From NCBI GenBank assembly GCA_963785305.1, contig CAWAUV010000002.1:224001-288000 (forward strand): a stretch of 64,000 nt of DNA, written 5' to 3'. This document shows positions 61,601-64,000 of the stretch, one piece after another. Each line of letters begins with the position of its first letter. The first letter of the stretch is position 1. Source of the DNA: an uncultured Planctomycetaceae bacterium. GTDB taxonomy: Bacteria > Planctomycetota > Planctomycetia > Pirellulales > PALSA-1355. The position numbers and the translations under genes are program-made. The notes below the pieces were generated by a model that searched no databases, was not told where the DNA came from, and saw only the letters and a program-made list of their open reading frames with translations.

Positions 61601-64000
61601 ATTGCTGCTGGGCGCCAAAAATGAGCGTGCCGTTGTCGGCCTTGATGAGCCCGCCGGTCGTGGTGTTTCCGTCTTGGATGGGCGATGCGATTTCAAGCAC
61701 GGCCGAATTGGGCGTATGCACAATAATCGGCGCGGATACGTTGCTATTCACAAATGTGGTGATTAGACCGCCCGAGATTGTGGTCGGGCTGCCGATCGTT
61801 CCGCTCACATCGAGAATGCCTCCGCTGATGAGCGGGAGCACGCTGCCCGACGCGATCGTCACATTGCCGCCGTTCATCGTCAGGCTGTTGATGTAGGTGT
61901 ATGAATTCGCGCCGAGCGTCTGATTACTTGTGAGGTCGACGTTGGCATTGACGGTCGTCAGCAAATTCGTCACGCCATCGCCACCGGCGAAATTCAGCGC
62001 CTGGAAGCCGTTTGTCGTGCTGTAAGCGGCGAAGCTGTAGCCGTAGTTCGATGCGCTCGTCGAATTCAGCGAGGTGTTGTCGACCAAGGCCCAGGCGAGA
62101 ATACCGCGATTGGTGGCGCCGGCGGCCCCGTTTTGATTGCCACTGTAGCCGATTGTGGCCGTGCCTTGGCCGAAGCCGGCGACGCCCGGATTACTGACTC
62201 CGCCCAAACCACTCATCGCCACCGTGCCGATGCCCGGTCCCTCGAACACCGATGTGGCGCCATTCGTGTAAGCGAGCGCGGTGTTCGACGAAACATTCAG
62301 CAGCAGCGAACCGAGCACGCTGGGCGTGAGGTTGATCACCGAGCCCGAGTTTGTGAAGGCAAGTGTCTTGGCGCCAATCAATTCGCTCGTGCCGGAAGCA
62401 TTGCCGATGATATTGAGCGTGCCGTCGATTGTTTCATTGGCGGTGATTGCCACGCCGCCGTAGCGGTTGTTCACGTTCGTCGTCGAATTGTCGAAGGTGA
62501 GCGTGGCGCCGGTTTGCAGATTGATCGGGCTGCCGCCGGTGAAGGCGCCGCCGGCGTTGAGATCGGTGGTTCCGGCATAGAGGTTCGTGCCGCCGGTGGT
62601 GTAGGTGACATTGCCTTGCAGATACAGGGTGTCGAAGCCGACCTTATTGATGCCCACGCCGGTTCCCGTGCCCACCGAGCCGGTGAGGGTAATGCTTCCG
62701 CCCGGCGCGAGCGGATTGTAGCTCGAGCTTCCGATTCCGACGCCGCCGGAGAGCGTTAGATTACCGGCGTAACTGGCCGCGGTGTTGCTGCTGTTGACCA
62801 GCGCGCCGAGCGTGTTGGGCGCGGCGAGACCGGTCGTGCCGGAGCCGGTGAGCGTGGTCGTCGCGGGGATTCGCGGAACGGCGTTGCCATCGAGATCGAG
62901 CGTGGCGCCACTTGCCACCGTCACGTTGCTAGTGGTGCTACTACCCAGGGCGCCGGGGCTGGCGGTTTGAAGAATGCCGCCCGACACGGTGAGATTGCCG
63001 GTAAAGGTGTTCGTTCCGCTCAGGGTGAGGGTATCCGACGCCACCTTGCTCCAGGCTTGGCCTGTCGAGGTGGCCAAGTCTTGCACCGTGCCGCCGAGCG
63101 TCATGTTTCCATAGCCGCCGATCGCCACCGCGGCGCCATTGACCGGCACTCCGATCGAGACATTTCCCGAGAACATGGCCGGAATCGCGCTGCTGTTGGT
63201 GAGCACGGTCGGGGCGGCGGTCGAGGCGCCATAGTTGGGCCCCGAAAGCGCGTTCGTGCCATTGGGGCCGGCGCCATTGAGAATCAGATTGCCGGACACG
63301 TTGGGCATGCCGTTGAGGTCGAGCGTGGCGCCCGATTGATAGGTCAGGCTTGTGGCGCCGCTACCCGTGGCGACGGCCGACAAGACGAATTGCGTGCCAT
63401 TCGTGATGCTTGCGATATAGGAATTGGCCGCAATGTTGGTTCCGCTCACGACTTCGCCGGGAAAGAGGCCGGTCGTGCTGGCGACGGTCACGGTCGTCGT
63501 GGCGTTTGTCGAAGCGCTATTGCCGGCGCTCACGAGGCCGATGTTCGTGGTTCCGCTGGCGAGCGCGGTGCTTGGGCTGCCGACCGTGGCCGTCGAGTCG
63601 GAGATTTGGGTCGTGCCTTGATACAGATTCAAGGCGCCGGTGAAGTTCGAGCCCGAGGGGCCGAGAATGAGCGTGCCCACGCCGGTTTTGGTGAGGCCCG
63701 CGCCGGCATCGCTCACGCCGCCGATCAGGTTCAAAATGCCGGCGGTGTTGACCGTGGCGCCGGCGCCGCCGACCGTGAGGCCGCCGACCGAGCCGATGAA
63801 GCCAAGACCCTGGGTATTGTTCACATTGAGCGTCGAGCCGGCGCCGAGCGACATGCCGTTGTAGACGATGTTGTACATCGAGCCTTGGCCATCGACGGTG
63901 GCCGTGGAATTGGCGCCGATGGCGATGCTGTTGTTGATTTGGGCGGCGTTCAAGTAGCCATTGGCCGCGGTCGCGGCGCCAGCGACGCCACCACCGGTGT
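52686..64000 (-). CDS. Giant beta-helical surface protein with passenger-associated (PATR) repeats and C-terminal PEP-CTERM sorting signal; 5' end beyond window
   Basis: Over 3770 codons open to the edge. Many K.G.GTL.LSG.NT(Y/F)TG...V..GTL repeats, G/T/S/N/A-rich. Ends VPEPSSIVLGLLAAVGVLVAIMVRRRTRR. Confidence 0.93.
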   Translation of the reverse strand, partial: TGGGVAGAATAANGYLNAAQINNSIAIGANSTATVDGQGSMYNIVYNGMSLGAGSTLNVNNTQGLGFIGSVGGLTVGGAGATVNTAGILNLIGGVSDAGAGLTKTGVGTLILGPSGSNFTGALNLYQGTTQISDSTATVGSPSTALASGTTNIGLVSAGNSASTNATTTVTVASTTGLFPGEVVSGTNIAANSYIASITNGTQFVLSAVATGSGATSLTYQSGATLDLNGMPNVSGNLILNGAGPNGTNALSGPNYGASTAAPTVLTNSSAIPAMFSGNVSIGVPVNGAAVAIGGYGNMTLGGTVQDLATSTGQAWSKVASDTLTLSGTNTFTGNLTVSGGILQTASPGALGSSTTSNVTVASGATLDLDGNAVPRIPATTTLTGSGTTGLAAPNTLGALVNSSNTAASYAGNLTLSGGVGIGSSSYNPLAPGGSITLTGSVGTGTGVGINKVGFDTLYLQGNVTYTTGGTNLYAGTTDLNAGGAFTGGSPINLQTGATLTFDNSTTNVNNRYGGVAITANETIDGTLNIIGNASGTSELIGAKTLAFTNSGSVINLTPSVLGSLLLNVSSNTALAYTNGATSVFEGPGIGTVAMSGLGGVSNPGVAGFGQGTATIGYSGNQNGAAGATNRGILAWALVDNTSLNSTSASNYGYSFAAYSTTNGFQALNFAGGDGVTNLLTTVNANVDLTSNQTLGANSYTYINSLTMNGGNVTIASGSVLPLISGGILDVSGTIGSPTTISGGLITTFVNSNVSAPIIVHTPNSAVLEIASPIQDGNTTTGGLIKADNGTLIFGAQQQYIGNTYVNGGTLQLAAGNQTLFTTPSFANSTGSTAGYTSSSAQVMQVNLGGTLDLNGTNQSLANLSSAGTLPNTGGVVTNTSATTSTLSTTLTGSQTFAGEITGNLNVVRSSGYTLTLESVSAYTGTTTIQGGNTMLQDLGALTGTSAINLNGGVLTWNDTGTQAVAQRIPAATPITMNTGSFVLDGRGNTQDSVAIGNVTLAAGSNMFTLTPTNGGASLTIGTGSGAALTPSVGATVYFTGANGIGDATNVTLAGSPANTNGILGAWAVVNQIDPYVGQTFEPGFAVETTNGLTNLNADLTTAIATGNNVRVAGNVTLPSGGVTLNTLSIINAAATVSFTNHGDTLTVTTGGILTGADNNAKAIGAIAGSGQITAGASQNQLYFHVGANTLTVNSSIIDNGVAGGLNVVADSLNTGATLALTSNNTYLGTTYLNGLNVTLNSGLGVAIPGNVVITGGVSSGDSLNDTTTFQQSSQIAPTATVTLNGGALLNLNGFNNTIANLVLNNISGDLNALGATVETGSGLLTITGGITNAMSTDAWLVPSVDSFVKMTSATPTISAAANAISPLNVDLNIAAALSLSAPVTTPLTLTGGGVISFNGQSLYANGTNVTSSTTLVFGPTATSGVAATFGSIVNSQVNLAAGATLDLRGYTGAIGALSGSGTVTNTLSTGSTNGTLIVGAGSVGLGAGGVSSTFSGAITNSTAAGVLNITNDGGSLTLTGGNLGTGSTNPNLGALAINGGGVTVSGASGQLGFSTYTLATGGTLTLDNSSSALNNRLGGVDQLISATVGNTTTVRGINFYGGTLAINGNATTGVSEALGTINSLDGGGTLSLNSPGAAGVYASLNSVPNQGQDGTLYIQGAGLSVSNATSAPLAGDATVVPTTITMRGGLGTNGTTIMPVREDIVMTDTASGVTGFATKDSTTGQLRPLNPSTELFNSLTGVAANTTNVGLSTSAAGVISANTNPGTLTLLTTAAGVSSGLEANNPWSASGGLLTLTLSQGGILALGATNSISIGELANGDTYDIQVPSATSTLTINSVLNLSSSFVKAGAGEAILQQPFYSLNGAQTVAINGGTLQLAGGANTISAQPTATIPTLMSLQVNGGTLDLNGNSQMVGVFSSQNTTPYAGGTAASPGAVVTNSSLTPANFIVSGVSGNYGGVISGNLSFYKEGTTAVQTTILTSPSSYTGATYVDNGTLALRDLGSLTNTSSINLNYAQLTLDNTGLADNTSRIPAIAPVNFNGGTLLIAAAMAVESESIGAVSLNGGTNTIQLSQYANTVQNGSFTLYAASLNQANGAEVNFVPGANQTFGGTAGNPQMYITAVNGTPTTTLAAANNGIIGGWAIVNGVDFASYSATQGVVAVSSYTTLPATGASATVNYQATATTTAIKSETVNSFAVRSPGAATVIGLNDQSQVLNIGTGGLLVNDSATKGVTIQGGQLTAGGSQSSGSATLYYFTNINAQTLNSQIVDNPNGASVSLARSGAGTLTLTPEVVETVAVPATSNILPVGSATGLYVGMGVSGTNITAGSTITSISGTNVTLSANTGATAATNQITFAPAQSTATGSTTAGNNSISILATALPAGFTPTVGMTIGSSTNIAGGTTITGVSLGTTDTFTLSQPATATASTATLVFNAMSNTYSGTTYDNGGATSTGTMNLSGLPGSIVIPGNLVIGNSGVNENLNQGQIAATSNVTFQSGGGLTLIGTNTLNSLTWALDGTTGGQPAAAVGTLLDLTSATPITSNNDYLGVVPTISGTTLNLASGTGATITTSGLSTNDLEITSQITSSGAITKAGAGSLALPNAQAAVLSWNLAGGSLILGNATSLGASGSSLAISGPGTLLGSAATPVVATPITFQTGGSLTLGGTAGTVTNAITLSGNMNLNGVGPTISVTAANLTDTISGTISDSSGTLGFTKAGAGALTLSGTNTFTGPVNVSAGLLTMGGASALGGAGNNTAAISIGSTAELNLNGNSLGIGSLSGSGILTNSAASAKVLTINPGTVTAATFSGVIASATTADLALTMNASNLNQTLSGNNTYTGATTVSAGTLTLGAGGSMSGTAISVASGATLAIGGAPIGTSSYTIGSGAAGSVSIASGATFSFVDPGHFTTLNINSGAANTGLTLGAGVLNFNSPTNTTVDTVVDQGKLSDSGAINVNVTGATLASGTYPLITYASVSGGGAFQFQSTSTNTETVGTATYTLQANANGKEEDLVVVNAVPTPTAAYWGGARGDGFWNTLTSNTTNWLNAPMGTDTQAVPGTVTDVYETAASATNLNQTLGANFTINSLTFTGTGSANASPGSVTIAGSSNSLTITAAGVNSGGGGPAAGIGIQVLAGAGADFVSAPIQLGGSQTWKSAGVNLLTISGGVTNTGSLTLADNSTGGITISTASLNNIGSLTNSGTGTGVSTISAVIGSSVTGVTENSATSMLVLSGANAYTGPNAITAGTLQLGGSTTPLGAASNALSIAGPGTLDLNGNAVTVGSLTGSGVIGNSSTSAGGTITVSGASSFGGTIQDVLGAGTQTTSVLIAAPSATVTLSGANTFSGGLTLSNGTLDLGNSAALGTGAFAVGSNSNSVSLDNTASGASAFSTIANNVPVTLNGAFTFVGTNSLNLGTGAVNVAAAATVTINAGSLTLGGALSGSNALTSAGPGTLVLTGGNSGYSGQFNVNTGSTLSVSGAGTLGSGAVNLVAANSVLNFNNNVSLTVAAAIQGLGNLTQTGAGTTTLSGANTYNGTTTVSAGTLFIDGTHGATGLGAGNYQVNSGATLGGSGTITFASSTSGITVAAGGIFMPGYNPAVNGGLVSPSNSTLTDVKATGSSTALTLNPGSTMDVNLTSAMGSMTLLANGLPSTGYAYFKALVGVVNLDGVGGSGAGATLSVAGDGTVAIGQNYLLIDPNTTNGSFLSSTGPITGTSYTYSLTYGAGPINQSDVVLTVVPEPSSIVLGLLAAVGVLVAIMVRRRTRREVVPSA

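Noticed and set aside
52686..64000. Many plus-strand ORFs (e.g. 54033..55667, 60444..61766) and a classical autotransporter call
   Set aside because: The ORFs are antisense shadows of a high-GC repetitive gene. The C-terminus is PEP-CTERM, not a beta-barrel translocator.
1..64000. tRNA, rRNA, transposase, integrase, prophage or defence genes
   Set aside because: No recognisable sequence or motif for any of these was seen by eye. A covariance-model scan was not possible.

Overview
High-GC bacterial DNA. Gene content and style point to Planctomycetota, probably Pirellulales-like (inference). Roughly 30-35 small indels split otherwise intact genes between about 0.7 and 51 kb. These look like uncorrected read/assembly errors, so split genes are reported as single reconstructed CDSs. 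Left to right: (1) a minus-strand exopolysaccharide operon (wbaP-type transferase, wzc, rfbD, rfbB, rfbA) behind a consensus sigma-54 promoter. (2) A plus-strand biosynthetic operon built around a ~10.3 kb type I PKS with the unusual order reductase-SCP2-KS-KS*(CLF-like)-AT-ACP-ACP-C45 Ntn acyltransferase-KR-DH, followed by a Rieske oxygenase, a FabL-like enoyl reductase and an HHxxxDG acyltransferase. (3) A convergent GT4 plus GDP-heptose cassette (hddA, gmhB, hddC). (4) comB-family phosphatase, a lectin-like secreted protein, a GH5 glycosidase, a Zn-alcohol dehydrogenase and csrA. (5) kdsD-kdsC followed by a ~1100 aa LptC/LptA-like repeat protein. (6) An ABC exporter and a CapK-like ligase. 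(7) A DUF4114-TadE-TadG-TadE cassette with a highly structured leader. (8) A beta-barrel protein, a SpoU methylase, an ECF sigma/anti-sigma locus and rlmN. (9) A >3700 aa beta-helical PEP-CTERM surface protein running off the right edge. The best candidate for an undescribed system is the PKS with an embedded, possibly self-cleaving C45 domain.
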